Assembly: GCF_009914755.1 (NCBI RefSeq)
Contig: NC_060932.1
Origin: the human T2T-CHM13v2.0 reference genome, Homo sapiens
Reading direction: 5' to 3' (one strand)
Length of the DNA: 64,000 nucleotides
In this document: piece after piece, positions 33,687 to 49,638 of the stretch
Position numbering within the stretch: the stretch's first letter is position 1
Layout of the letters: every line of letters starts with the position of its first letter
Notes under the pieces: model-generated
What the model was told of the DNA's origin: nothing
The model's input: only the letters and a program-made list of their open reading frames with translations
The model's database searches: none
Position numbers and translations under genes: made by a program

Positions 33687-36600
33687 CTGCAAAACGAATT
33701 AACATAGGTACAAAGATAGGTGAGGTTAATTTTTAAAATCACCACCACAAGGATTCAAAAACAACCAGATAAGCCACAGAAATCCATTTAAGTTATGTTG
33801 CTGTAAGGAATGCATATGGATGAGAACTGGAATGAATCGGAGATCTAGACGGTTGGAATTCATGAACAGGGACCGTGGCTTCATTTATGACTTTAAAAGA
33901 TTTATGGGGAACAGAGAATTAGGAACATGACACAAATGGATTTGGCAACCCAGAAACACAAAAACTGGGTGCAAAATGTTGTTCTCCTCGTTTCTCATTT
34001 TCCAGTTAAATTGGTAGAGAAACCTTGACTGAAGAGAAGCCTGACTTTTCTGATCTCATATGCTGAAAGGAACACACAAATCACTGGACTTTAAATTAAA
34101 TGCCTTTCTCTCCTCCCATACATTTTCTACAAATCTTTTACCTTTTCCCTGATGATGGCCTAGCCATTACACAGATTTATACCGCAGATGAGTCATTTCC
34201 TAATCTCTAATAAATCATAACATACATCGAAAATATACTCAGATTTTGCCTCTTTAAGTTCACTGTTAGGAGTACTATACTGTTGACTATACTATTCCAT
34301 TTTCTATCGAACACAAGCTTTGTTGGTCTTTTTTCCCAAGTAGTAATAACGGCTTACACAGTTTTTTTTTAAAGCACATGCTAACACTCCAAATCCACCC
34401 AAAATGCCACGCTAAGTGATTATTCCCTTCCTGTGCAATGGTGCCCTGGGTATTACTCTGTTTTAAATAAAAAACTGTTCAGTCTTGGAACCATTCCAAA
34501 TGTGTCATTTTGAATATCAAACAGAATTGGAAAAACAGGACATCAATTGCTTAGGTTCTTGAAATAAACAAGCCAAGTAATCCAAACAAATGTAAATCTG
34601 GAAAAAAGACACAAGAAACTAAAAAAAAAAAAAAGTTTCCTTATTCTAACAGTCTTTCATTACAGCATCCACGTTCTGTGGTAGCAAATCTGAAACAACT
34701 TTTAAAGAAATTTAGTAATTACTGTCTCTAATTTTTCAGGAAAAGGCAAGCTACTACAGTGATTGCTTAAAGAAACATCAGTACTCACTTTCTAAGAACA
34801 AATGGCTAAATATATTGAATAAACTAAGTTAAAAACAGGGAAAAAAAGGCTCTTATTTTCTATGGCTGCATTACATGGTTAAATAAGTCATATTTGTATT
34901 AATACTTGATAATTCTCAGTTCTAAAATCACTAAAATATCCATTGTCCCACTGTGTCTCTGTAATACTTGATGAGAGGAAGTATTTATCCATTACTCTTT
35001 ATTATTAGCAATTATTAGTAGTAGCTTATGAATAATTGTCACTTGCATAGATGTAGAAAATAGCCAAGTTAATATCGTAATATTACAGCCCTGAAGGAAG
35101 AACAAATTATTAGTTACATACTAATGAAAAATAATCTAAATATTTGACCATGAGATTAGCATTCTTTCATGTCATTTCCTAAATGTTTTTAGAAATTGTC
35201 ACATAACACATAACAATTCCACAGTGTTTCGCTCATCACAGTGTGCTCTCACTTTCCCTTTCTTTTCATCCTCCCAATAACCCCAGATAGGGAAGAGAAG
35301 GCTCACAGGTGTGAATGTCTTCCCTGGATGTAGACAACTTCTATGGGAATCCAGATTCAAAGTCAGAACCCAGGCCTCTGATGCTAAGCCTCTTCTGTTC
35401 CCACACATTTTGGAAAGCGGATTAGGTGGTGATGTAATATATGACATACATAAAAATAAATATTTATGCAACAAATGTAATAATATCTTGCTATAATACA
35501 TATAAGCCCATTATCTGATAACTCATTTTAACAAACCTACATATAAACATCTATGTGTTATATAACTTTATAAACAAAAATGTTCAAATTCTTTCACTAT
35601 CTAGAATTTACTGTAACAAATATAGACACAGTTCATTCTCCTGATATCATTTGTATATGTCCTACCGAAACTTACTTAAAAATTCATTTATTGATAACTC
35701 CTTTATCATTTCCTGAGTCCTGAGTAACATTTGCCTCTCTTTCTAGAATTTCTATGCTAATCAACGCTATTTTTAACACAATTTCAGAGCTTTAAAACTG
35801 TTGGTTTATAATTATTTACAAAATCTGAGAGGTGAGTCTTTTATATTAATCTTTTGGAGAAAATATTCTTCAAGATTCTTGCTTTTTGCTTATAAATCCG
35901 TAACAAAAATATCACAGAATACATGTAATTGTACTAACAATGTTTACTTTTGAAGGGAAGGTAATAGGAATCAGACAGCTAAAAAGTATCCTGAAGCATT
36001 TTTTATACTTTTTAACCATGGGGTAAATATATTACCTATTCAAAAGTTAAATATAAGAAGTAAATAAAATCACTTTTAACAGACAGTTAAAGTGAAATTC
36101 GAGGACATACATTTTTTATATAATACTTAGCTATGAAGGAAATAGTCTATGCAGAATTTTTCCTTGGGGAAACTACACAGGAATCTAAACATTACGCAGG
36201 GTTTGTAAGTGATTACTCAGGATAGCTTTATGATTAAGGAGGAAAGAACACATTGATGTATTCGTCTAAGAGTACGTGTCTTCAAATTTTAAAATGAGAG
36301 CAAATGAGCCAACAGACTGCCCTCTCCGTGGCGCTGGAAACTCGTGCTGTGCAGTCACCATCTTCCGCTCCATATACTGTGCTCCCTAAGGATGAAGTGT
36401 GACCGCATGGCAGCCGATGACCCAGTTTCCACATGCTTCCCACTCTCAGCACTCCTGGCTCAGCTGAAGATCAGAGATGATGCAAAAATCTCCAATGACG
36501 CTCAAAACCCCAAGGCTCATCAATACGTACTTCACAGTACTGAAAAGCCAGGGGTTCCCTTAAATCCTGCAGGATTCATTACTAACGTGAAATTAGCATA

Positions 36601-38073
36601 TTATCAGCCAAACTTTGCCCTTACCCTTGCTTATTAGCATGTTACTGTTTTGATAACAAAGGTTTTATACAGAAGTATAAATTATTTTGTTTACTGTACC
36701 TATTAACAGAACATGTTCTGATTTTAAAGGGCCAATTTAATCAGAAACCTTAAAATTAAACGTCAACTTCTATATCGATTCAGATTTATCTCAACAAGAT
36801 AATTACCACCATCAGCTGTGATCCAGCCTTACTGGGACTCATTCTAATGAAATGGCAGCCTCCATCAGGAAAACGAAGGCCAGAACCAAAGACATTTGCT
36901 CATTTGGAAAGCAGCTGGATGACCCTGTTGGCTATCTTTGTTCTTTCTATTCAGAAACCTCAATTTAATAAGATTTAAAACTAGTGCAATGAAGTCATGT
37001 ATCATCTTCTTAAAGAAAGTAGTTGGTTAATGAGGAAGATGCCCATTTCTCAGGCTCAAATCACTTAGGCAAATAGACCTCCAAATCCCAAGACCAAAAA
37101 CAATTTTGAGAGAAAAACCTAACCATTAAGACATGGACTAACCGTAACCACATACTAGCAGCTGAGGACACATTCATTCTAGGCTGAAGAAGCCACACAT
37201 TTCCTCAATCTGCTGGCTTTTCCAATTATTAAAATCAAGTTAGAGACCAGACCTACTGAGGGAGTTTGCCTTGGGTTCCGTGAAACACAAACTAAACACA
37301 GAATTTGGAAACGAACGTTGTCCACTTTTGTGTATACTCATTGACCTACTCACTCACTCATGAAATATATTTATTAAAATCTACCATGAGGGCACTGCTG
37401 TGGTGGGTGTGCACCTGCCCTGGTGCTTTGCGGGGACAGGAGAAGTATCACATAAGAGGGTGGTATTGCTCAGAGAGGCACAAAGACACCAAAGATCTCT
37501 GCTGACTCATGTTTCCCTAGTGCTCAGCTCTTCAACTCCAAATCTCAACCTATCTGTATAAAGGTGACAGTCACTGACTGGATGGTAAGTCCTTTCTACA
37601 ACATATTGCATTAAAAACCGATGTTTGTGGGTTGACAAAACATAGGTTATGAACTCAGAAGCTAGTGAGAGGTCTCTCTCTGCTAGCGGCATGGACAGAC
37701 AGAAAATTCCCTTTTTTCTGCCTTAATCTAATCGTACACATCTAAAAGCCCTCACAGGGACACTGACACAGAAGTTCTTTCAGTCAGTTTCCCCAGCATC
37801 TGGTGGCAGGTGCTTATCCTGCCTATGCAATCTTACATACAGTTTTTTAAAGTTACCATTCATGTCAATTATTAGTTTATGTTTGTATAAAGTTTTCTAG
37901 TGTTCATTAGCTGTTTACTCTAAAAGAGTTAACAGTAATAATTTAGGAGACATATATTTTTCTATTTACATATAATATTTTTCTATTTCTAGGTAGACAT
38001 GGCATTTACTGAAAATGGAAAATTTTAAGCTCAGCAAAGCACAGTGTTTAGACATTTAGAATTACCCAAGCCA

Positions 38074-38383
<310 letters not shown>

Positions 38384-38794
38384 CCCCAAGCCAAGCCCAA
38401 TTATTTGTAGGGGGAGGGAGGAGGATTTAGGATGCCTCACCATTTAAACTTTTCATTACTATATTGGTAGAATTCGTTGCAATAGCTCATATTATATCAA
38501 AAAGGGTTCTACTTCTTTTCTTCACATTAAAAGCAGATTAGAGAATAGAAAGCATATTCGAGAATAGAAAGCATATTCATATAAAAAATTCCTGTTTGGG
38601 TTAATTACGCTTATAAAATTTTTCCTGAAGCAACAGTCCAAACTTGCCCTAAACTATTTTCCATATAGCTGGCAGGAAAAAACCAAATTTCTCATACTCT
38701 TATGTACCTAAAATGGACTCCTAACTCAAAGAAGAGTTAATATAAATTCACCACATTCAGAAGTACTTTTAAGAAGGCATTGCCTCTCTCCTAT

Positions 38795-39710
38795 AGCAAC
38801 CAAAAAAGCATGGCACTGGTCTAAAAATAGACACATAGATCAGTGGAAGAGAACAGAGAACCCAGAAATAAAGCCACATGCTTACAGCTAATTGATCTTT
38901 GACAAAGTCAGCAAAAATACACACAATGGGGAAAGGACACCCTATTCAATAAATGGTGCTGGGAAAATTGGAACAGAGAAACTGGAGACCTATCTCTTAT
39001 CATATGCAAAAATTAAGACAGATTTAAGACTTAAACGTAAGACCTGAAAAAATAAAAATTCCTGGGTGGGGGGAGGGAACTAGAAAAAACTCTTCACAAC
39101 ATTGGCCGACGCAAGGAATTCATGACTAAGATCTCAAAAGCAAATGCAGCAAAAACAAAAATAGACAAATGGGACTTAAACTAAAAAGGTTCTGCACAGT
39201 AAAAGAAACAGTCAACAGAGGAAACAGACAACCTATAGAATGGGAGAAAATATTTGCAAACTATGCATTTGACAAAGATCTAATATTCAGAATTTACAAG
39301 GAACGCTAGCAACTAGCAAGAAAAAATACAACCCCAATAAAAAATGGGCAAAGGACATGAACAGATGTTTCTCAAAAGAAGACACAGAAGCAGCCAACAT
39401 ATGGAAAAAGTAGAACATACGAAAAAATGCTCAACATCACTAATCATCAGAGAAATGCAAATGAAAACCACGATGAGATACCATTTCCTATCAGCCAGAA
39501 CGGCTATTACCAAAAAGTCAAAAAACCACAGATGTTGGCAAAGATGTGGAGAGAAGGCAATGCTTATACACTGTTGGTGGGACTGTGAATTAGTACAATC
39601 TCTATGGAAAACAGTATGGAGATTCCTCAAAGAACTAAAAACAGAACTACCATTCACCCAGCAATCCCACTGCTGGGTATCTTCCCAAAGGAAAAGAAAA
39701 ACACAGACTA
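38795..39710 (+). mobile_element. L1 (L1PB/L1MA) ORF2 3' fragment, decayed
   Basis: ORF 39344..39718 [21 protein letters not shown]...[23 protein letters not shown] corresponds to the L1 ORF2 C-terminal cysteine-rich region. Confidence 0.92.
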
Positions 39711-41339
39711 TCTTATAACAGAAATGAAAATTAAAATAGCCAATTAAAACATTAAACATTAGAAATATTTACAATACAAACAATAAATAAAAAGAGAACA
39801 TCATTCTCAAAATACTAAACTGTCGACAAGCAATTTGGAAGAAACGTGCCTAGGACTCAGGTCACCAGGGAGAAAAAAGGCAAATCTCTCACCCCAAAAG
39901 AAAGCTCTATTACTCTTAATTTTCCACAGAGCCACATAATTGCTGATGTTTATAAAAAGGACCCTCGTGTACTAAAATGACCCAAAGTATTGCCTAAGAT
40001 AAATACAGAAATATGATATTCAATATTAGATACCTCTAAAATCACACCTGTTGTGTTTCTAAGAAAATAATATGCATATACTATTAATAAAATATTATTC
40101 TTAGCTCTGAAAGAGGCTTTAAAGCTCATAAAAAGCATCATTACATTAATTTATAGGGTAATTATCTATTAATTAACCAGAATAAATTGTTCTAACAAAA
40201 CAAGTATTTACTTATATACAGCTTGCCATATTCCTCCAGTGTCTCTTGATGAAAAACACTGCTATCCTTCCCATTCTGAATGCAACTCTAAACCGTAATT
40301 TATTACTTACTTTCCATTTTTGTGTAAAAGTAGATACTACATTAAAACATAATTTAGTGTAGTAAAACTCTAGTTATCTGAAACTTGTCAAATTAGGACA
40401 TACTGTCCCTTTCAACATCTCACTTTTAAAAACTTATCAAAATCTTACCTATTGTGAGCAAAACTTGCCATTCAACACTTTATTGTCTTCTTCAATTGAA
40501 AGCTGTAACTACAAAAGGGCAGATATTCATGTCACGGCAAAGCTACAGCTCTAAAACCGCCACAGCTACCGAAGCTTGGAATCAATCCACGACAAAACGT
40601 TTTCAGCATCATGCCATTCATCACACCAGTTCTTAGCAAATGCTTGTCTATGTGGCAAGAGGCCAGCAAAATCTTTCATGACTGCTTTCAAGGAGGCTGA
40701 AAGGAAGAATCTGGATTCACAGTAAGATAACTAAGGGGCAGTGAAAGACTACATCTCTCGTTCTTCTTCACCTTGGTCCTTTTGATTTCTTCTACATTCT
40801 ACAAATCCCTGAATTTTACCTTTTCACACGCAAATGCTAATATATGTGTTTTTTTTTAATGGAAGCTTTCTAATATGGCTTCATTGACGTCTACATTTTG
40901 TAGTACGAAAAACACAAGAGAAATTGAAGTTTACTTACTGTCACCTTAACAGTACATGAATAAATGCCCTCCTAATCCATAACACATCCATAAATGCGCT
41001 AATAACATATTAAGCATACAAAAGCCACATTTAAAGTTGAACACATTCTTCCCAATGTATTTTATAACTGAAAATTCATTCAAGAGATCAAAAATCAAAT
41101 GTTAAGACTTACGTCCAAACGACAAAACAACTTGAAAGTTTAATGGAACCATTACACACAGGTAATCAATGCCCCTCCAAAACGCAAAGAATAGAGAAAA
41201 AATAGCAAGGCCTGTTGCAAGATCCAACTTGTTAAATAATACACTCCCCTCATTTATAATCGGCCAACATCCGCTTGAGAAATACCTGTTCTGCCTTCTC
41301 TGTGGCAGATATTCCAATAGAGCTCTTATAACATTTTAT

Positions 41340-41645
41340 ACCTGTCTGTGGGACAGAGACTAGAGAAGTCACACGCTCTATTTCCCAGCCTCCCTTCCAG
41401 GTCGAGTCATGTGACTAAGACCCGGCCAATGAGACGGAAGCTTAAGCGACCTGGCACCACCCCTTCCTCATTTCTTTTTCTTCCTTCCTGGAGCAGCTAC
41501 TGTGAGATCATGAGGCAACAATCATGAGGACACGGCTAAGAAGACAGCAGAGATGAGTATTCCTGACACGGCAGAGCCACCGAACAACCTCAAAGCTGCT
41601 TTTCTTCAGGTGAGACAAGTTGCTTCTTAGTGAAGCTGTTAATTC
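41340..41645. mobile_element. Ancient ERVL LTR fragment (LTR16/LTR33-like)
   Basis: tatttcccagcctcccttcc...catgtgactaagacccggccaatgagacggaagc. Confidence 0.55.
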
Positions 41646-41769
41646 CATCTAAAAAGAGTCAAAAGTGAATACCAAATGCGAGAACATAATTTGATGAATT
41701 TCATCCTAATTAAACAAACGCATTCACATTCTGCCTGCCTGTTACTGAACACTTCTTTAAAACGGTTCT

Positions 41770-42015
41770 CTTCACGAACACAAAGAAGGGAAACAACAGA
41801 TGGGGGTCTAATTGAGGGTGCAGGGTAGGAGGAGGGAGATGAGCAGAAAACAATAACTTGGGTGCTGGGCTTAATACTTGGGTGATGAAATCATCTGTAC
41901 AATAAACTATTTATCGTACAAGAATCTGTACAATAAACTCTGTGACATGAGTTTACCTATATAACAAACCTTTACATGTACCCCTGAACCTAAAAGTTCA
42001 AAATAAAATAAAATG
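41770..42015 (+). mobile_element. Old L1PA 3' end
   Basis: gggtgatgaaatcatctgtaca...tttacctatataacaaacc...catgtacccctgaacctaaaa. Confidence 0.8.
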
Positions 42016-43239
42016 GCAAAAGTAAATGGAAATATTTTGTTCTGATACTACCTCTGCCATCCCTCGATACGTACGTACACATGTTCCTCCCTTGCGCTGC
42101 AGTAATCACTTTTAATGTCACTAGCTCAGCAGAAAGAATTCTGTCTTTAGCGTACTGAATTGCCTTCACTGGAGTCAAGAAGGAAATTAACCTGTGAGGT
42201 TCAAATGGCACTCTTCATAGCAATTAATACAAGAATTTCCAGCTTCATAGAAAAACTAAATGCTAAGTGGCAGGGAACATTTCTTAGCAAAGTCTTTTCC
42301 CTCCACTAACTCATTATAAAAATAGAACTAATATGTTGAGGTAGAATTCCGAAATAGACCGAGTTTAATACTTTGGTAAAAAGACTATTGCTGACCCTTC
42401 TCCATGTCAGTGACGTCATCAATGGACTTCTTAGATTTTCATCTGTGCCTAATGTCCTGCAACATCACGCACAGTTCCTGACAAATTCACTCTTTTCCTC
42501 CTCTCCCCTGTTTAAAGAGGAAAGATAACCTCGATCCAACAACACGCTTTGCCAGTGATGGATACCACCCAGTAATAATATATCAGAGTGCCCAGTGCCC
42601 TCTGCGTGGGATCAATCAGAAAGCTTATTCTGGCCGGATCTCTACAATGACCAGCCCCCGTCCCACCACATTCTATGCTCAGAAATACTACAACTCTTTT
42701 GTTTCCTTGAAGGAGCCCTTCCTCAAGCCCCTCAAGGTTTTTACATGCTGTTTTCTCTGTCGGAAACACTTTGTTTCTTAGTAAATTCTCCATTTCCTGA
42801 GGACCCAACTTAAAAGGCACTTCTACTGGAGGACCTGGATTAAAGGTACCTCCACCTGCTGAGAGCTGCTTGGGCACAAGTCCACACCCTGCATTATTAA
42901 CTGGTGCTCTGTCTCCTTCTGTTAAACAGTGGGCTGTGTGAAGGCAGGGTCCATGTGGGACTTAGTCCCAGTCATACTTTCAGCACCTACCATTATGCCT
43001 GGTACACAGTACTCATCTAACGGGTACTTCTTTATGAAACGAATGAATTAATCTGTAATGTGAAAGACAGTCTAGAAGCAAGGGAAAGGCTGGAGGCACA
43101 GACCAAATACTAAGCTCTTCAGAAAGCCCAGTCAACATCTTAGGCTGGATTATACAAAACTGTTCCTATTTGGCTACTTTTGACTTATTATACAAAAGTG
43201 TTCATATTTGGCCACTTTTTACCTATTAATTTTTTGTGT

Positions 43240-43370
43240 GTGGTTTTTTAAATAGAGACAGGGTCTCATTAACTCTCCAGGGCTGGTCTCAAACTCCTAG
43301 CCTTAAGTGATTCTCTTCCCTTGGCCTCCCAAAGTACTGGGATTATAGGTGTGAGCCAGTGGCACCAGCC
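43240..43370 (-). mobile_element. Alu monomer (FLAM-like)
   Basis: Reverse left arm. Confidence 0.75.
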
Positions 43371-43526
43371 AGGAAGAGCAGTTTCAATGCTTCAACATGA
43401 TAATGCCTGGACTAGGGTAATGGCAGGTGGTAAAAACAAATCAAGATTTCAAATGATGGAGTCTTAGAGTTTTCAACCAATTGATTGTGGATAAATCAGG
43501 ACAAGTAATGATTCAAAGGTGAGGTT

Positions 43527-43873
<347 letters not shown>

Positions 43874-46400
43874 TCATGAAAAGAAACAGATAATTCATGA
43901 GTATTAACTGAATTTAGGAGGTAAAAAAATAAGGAGACAAATCATTTAGATAAGATGAATTTCCAAGCAGAGTAATACACTGAGGGTTTTCAAATCTTCA
44001 GCCAGAAATTCACAGATTTGGAGGCTAAGGGGAACCTGGAAGTCATCTCTTGTGGTTCCCTTATTTTGTAGCCGTGTGAGGTTAGGTGCACAGGGCTATT
44101 CACTTGGTCACCAGCAGAATCAAGGCTACAATCCAGGCCTCTTGGGATCCAGGTCAACACCACTGCACTGAGGCAACCAACACCACTTCCTTCACTAAGG
44201 ATACCAACCCAAGTTACTGCTGACAGTCCATTCAGATAAGAGTCACCACGACGGCATGAATTACCCACTTGACGGACGATTTCTCGGACGTTAAAATGAC
44301 ATAACATGGATAAGCCCATCAAAGACTGATATTGGGAGTAAGCAGAATTATATTCCTTACATGATTTTAAAAAGCCTCCAACACACAAAACGCTTCCTCC
44401 ATCCCTGCTATTCCTTCGATCTAACAAAATTACAGCAAAATTTGCAGCTGGAAAATATGTACGCCAAAAATTCTAAATAGAAGTCCCAGGTTTTAGTCCT
44501 ATCTCTGGCACTTACTGTGTGCCTCTGGGCAAGCGAATTCACTTCTCTGGGCCTCAGACTTCCTGGTATAAGACAGATTAGATCACCTCTATGTGAACTC
44601 TAGCTCAAAAAATTATGACTGCAAATAAGCAGAAAATAGTTTTATGTAAGTTTAGAAAATAAAATGTGTCCAATACATCACTATCAACTAAACCCTGGTA
44701 ATAGAATCCTTGTGTCGTTTGCTTACGCTGTCTTGGAAAGCTATCTGCTTCACAACAACACTACAGACAACTTAGAATGTCTACTACTAGAGCACTGGTT
44801 AAGTAAATCATGACTTACCCAATAATGGAATGTTACAGAACTATTTTTTTTAATGAGGTAGATAAACATGTGATCACATGCAAATCTAAAACACATTAAC
44901 TTTAAAAAGGTATAGAATATATAGTACGCTTTTATTTCTGTATAACAAAAAAGAATAAAAAAGACCTGCATAGATTTACATGTGACTGGAAACGTGCAAG
45001 AACACTATGCAAGCAGCTGAGAGCGGCTGTCTCCACGGAGAGCAGACAGGGACTCTGGGTAAGAGAGAGGCTTGCCTAGGACTGCACAACCTTCCATACT
45101 GTTTGATTTTTAACTTGGAGCGTGGATTACAGTATTTTTAAAAGAACTCTTTAAAATTAAAAGCTATTTGGAGCTACTTTAGATCAGACAAATTATTGCA
45201 AATATAGGGCACCCTTTGTTATTTTTCCCCCCTATTAATTTGTTCAGTTGGAAGGGCTGCAGCGGCCCTGAGCTGGGAGAGGAGGGCCACTGCTGACCCG
45301 CTCCTCGCTGCCTCCCCCCATTTACCGTCAGCTCAGACTGAAAGGGAGAGACTGGCAAAATCAAATGACAGGTCAAGGGGAGTTATGAAACACGAGAGAG
45401 AGGTGCTGGAAAAAATGAGAATTCTCCCACAGAGAAGGGAGATGCCTCTGGGAAAACTAAAAATAGTCAGCTGAAAACAAATCACCAGGGACAGAGATGA
45501 GCCACGTGGAAAATAAGAAACACGAGGGGTCACGTGCACATGAAGCAGAAACAAAAATCTATTTACATCCTCATCAAACATTCCTGTGACACCTAACGCT
45601 ATTCAGCCCAAAACAAATATAAAAACACCCCAGCTAACATATTTTACAGAATAAAACTGATTTAATTTACTGTAGCTGTAAAATCATCTAGGACAAAAGT
45701 AGCAACATAGGCCAACCCAATGCCCTAAAAGTGAGCAGACAGGTCACCACGTGCCTAAAATATATACTAAATTTATTTTCATCTTAGGCACCGAAAATAA
45801 TAAGCAGATACAAACATAAACCTCAGGGGAAGTATTTTGAGACTGCACACACTTTTATTATGAAGATTGGAAAACTAGATTTGTGATTCACTTACTACTT
45901 CCCCATAACCATTAGGATGTTTTCTGTCAGAAGTGTTTAGTATACAGAAATCTTTTAGCATATTAAAATTAACTGTCAAATCTGACTGAGAAACTATCCA
46001 ATGAAAAACGATGGGAACCTTCTCATCTACACAGGCGAACAGGAAATATTCTTCTAAATTTACCTGTGTCCTATTTCCCAAACACTGGAACTAAAATATA
46101 ATTTAACAGGTGCTGATTTTCACACATTTGGCTGGTGATGGAGAAAAGAGCTAGGGAACACCAAGGCAACAATTCTGCCTTCCATCAACACAAACAACAC
46201 AATCTGCTGCCAAAAGTAAAAGTACTATGCACTTGTGCTGAAGCAACAGAAAACAATTTTTAAATTAAGCCTCATCTCTCATTAGAGAGAGCTTTTTTCC
46301 TCCAATTATCTGTCTCCTTGGAAAAACCTCTGATAAACATCTGCAAATTAATGAAGACATCCCCCGTGCAACACTAAACAGAGATCTATGCGAGACAGAC

Positions 46401-46521
46401 CTGTGTGGAAAACAACAGTGCTTCTCCTAAACCCTGAAGGAAGTCGAAGGTTTCGAAGCAATCCTTTGGCCGTCAGTCGTATGTGAATGGTGGATAAGGA
46501 GAATTTGGGAGACAACAACAT
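46401..46521 (-). CDS. MTUS1: ATIP1/MTSG1 isoform first coding exon: [40 protein letters not shown] (40 aa + 1 nt)
   Basis: gacATGTTGTTG...CACACAG|gtctgt; 121 nt, phase 1 fits exon 33686; matches the recalled ATIP1 N-terminus; missed by the ORF track. Confidence 0.95.
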
Positions 46522-46900
46522 GTCTTCGGAGCAGGTGGCGAGATTTCACAGAAGAGGCAATTTCCATGGACTGTCACATACTGTCTTTTTAAACTCAGTA
46601 CTCTTCAAGGCCAAGAAATACAGTCAGAGGAAAGATGCCTACACAGCAAATGTCATTCCACCAGAGAGGCATAGAAGAAAAAAATCCCCCAGGGCTGGCC
46701 AAGTGTTTCTGGCTTCCGTTTTCACTTTCAGATGTTGCCAAAATGATGCTCTTCCTCTGAATACAATCTCCCTCCTGCAGGTCTAGAAGCTGCCTCTGAA
46801 CCACATCACACTGTGCATGCTTGTGGAGTTGTTATGGTTTTCATCCGAGATGGTAAAGGGGAGGAGAAAGTGGGTGGTCTCAGGAGCTTTACAGAACCAC
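46522..46900 (-). promoter_or_regulatory. ATIP1 5'UTR / internal promoter region with several upstream ATGs
   Basis: Unique sequence contiguous with the ATIP1 ATG; minus-strand ATGs at 46567, 46579, 46656, 46672, 46806, 46818, 46844; TSS not visible. Confidence 0.55.
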
Positions 46901-48351
46901 CAATAATGTCACAGATCCTGTAACCACTTGAAAGATCGCTAGGGGAAATTAACTACTTCAAGTGCCTAATGTTTCTTTCATAATTAGAAAAAAATTAGGA
47001 TTTCCTGAAAGTAAACTGTGTCCTGATTTTAACATTTTTCACTCCTTATATTCACACTGATAACATGAGCATTTTTTCTCTAGATATTTTACATGTAAAC
47101 TACATTTAAACCTGGTATTTTGGAAAAGTTTTTTTTTTAAAGACTTCAGGCAATAAATGTTCTCAACTACAATATTTAAGAAAATTTCTATTCTAATATA
47201 TTAATGACAGATTGTCAAAAGGTTAAAGTTCAACTTTAATTCCCACATGCTGAGGACCTCACAAATAATCAACAGTAAAAGATTAATACGGTTTCTCTAT
47301 CAGATGTAATATCAGAGTTCCAGAAGAATAGTCCATCAGATAGGCATATTCTAAAGACTACATTTATTGCATGAGTAATTGCATTTATAGAACATCATGT
47401 GGTCTCTTATAGTGGTCTTTCAAGACTAGGAGTGTGAGGAGGGCACAGTTATGAATATCTTTTGCCAGTTATCTACTAATTTTTATTTCAGTAGAGTGGC
47501 TTGTAAAAGTATGTTAAAACACGATAGCAAAAACCAAAAGAACTTGAAAAACAAAGATATGGTTATAAGAATTAACAACAACAATATGCCCACTTAAGCT
47601 AATTCCATTAAACCACGAATAGCCTGAGCTCTTAACATTTTTAAAAATGTTATAAACAAAACAATGTTTTAAAAATGTCCTATGCCTGTTTCCAAGATTT
47701 CCTAGAAAATAAGACTCAGAAATAAATGCAGAATTGTTACCATAAATAACACTATTAAGTGCTATTAAAACTAGCAGGAAGCAGTTCTTTTAGAAATTCT
47801 ATAGAGTAGGGTATGAAGCAGGGAAGAGAGAGGGAGGAAGAGAAAATTTAAATAAGTTCTCTTCCCTCAAGCCCCCTCCCTCTTCACTCAAGCCCCCAAC
47901 TTGCCATTTTAGAGGTTGTCAGCAAGAGAGACAGACCCAATAACCTGTCCAGGGTTCCTGTGAGAAAGATACACCTAGTTCATACACTGACGAAAAACCT
48001 GCTACATACATTGCACCACAGCAACTGAAGCTAAATGATCAAGGAATTAAAATCAAGGCAAGCTGCTTCTAGGTGTTGCCTTTTACTTCATCCCAGTTTA
48101 TTATTAAAAAACCTGAACACCTTTTCCTTCCAGATTCTACATACTAAAACTATACCAGAACCTTTTCCTCTACCTCCCAAAACCTTGTAAAAACCAAGAA
48201 ACCAATCAGCATTAAAAACAAATAGAAGAACAGAGTCAAATTTTGCCATGATTAAAAACAGACATGCCACCACTCCATATAGTAGGAGGTGGTTTTTCTT
48301 TCTTTTGGTTGTGTTTGTTGTTTGTTCAGTAACAGCAAATTCTAAATTATC

Positions 48352-48657
<306 letters not shown>

Positions 48658-49324
48658 CTTAAATTATCCTTGTTAAAAGGGAAGTTCTTTAGACTCCCTA
48701 AAAGAAGAAATTACGATCTAATCACCGATTAATCAGATTCATTAACATTTTTACTTGAATTACATTAAGCTATAACCACACATATTGAAAATAAACATTG
48801 TTAATGATATCTCTTAACAGCAGAGCAAGAAGCTGCAGGAATAAACTAAATTCAGTTCTTTCCCAAACACAGTCTGCCTCCTGGTGGCCGTGCAGCACAA
48901 GTGCACCAAAGCAAGGGAGCTGCCTTGGCAGTCCATAAACAAATGGCCATCGCTTACAATCTACTGCTCCAAGCACTCTCTTACACACTTTACGTTTGCT
49001 CATTTAAATAACTGGATAAGCAATTACTTTCAGGTCACAACTATTTTTATACTATATATGCCTCTGGGGGGAGCCAAGATAAAAAATTGGTTCCAAAAAA
49101 TTCTTTGATTATTTGATCATCTGTTACCAGTTAGGAACTCCATATTTTCTGAAATTGAACGAATGTGAGAAGTACCTAAAAAAAGCATCTTTGTTATTTT
49201 TAAAAGTCTTAATTTAAGAGGAAAAGATAGGCATCACCAAGGACAGTAGAGGAAAAAATAAGGAAATTTTAGTGCCTAAAGTACAACAGTTTGTAGTTGT
49301 AAAACTTAGCTATGAGTCTTTATG

Positions 49325-49638
<314 letters not shown>

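Noticed and set aside
33376-33705. Treating whole ORFs 33376..33705, 24141..24431, 4963..5160 or 3684..3890 as proteins
   Set aside because: Only their cores are exonic; the ends run through clear splice sites into introns
39313-39759. 124-148 aa ORFs on both strands
   Set aside because: Decayed L1 ORF2 fragment and its antisense
43150-43230. Diverged ~38-bp tandem duplication
   Set aside because: Two degenerate copies in AT-rich intron, no functional hint
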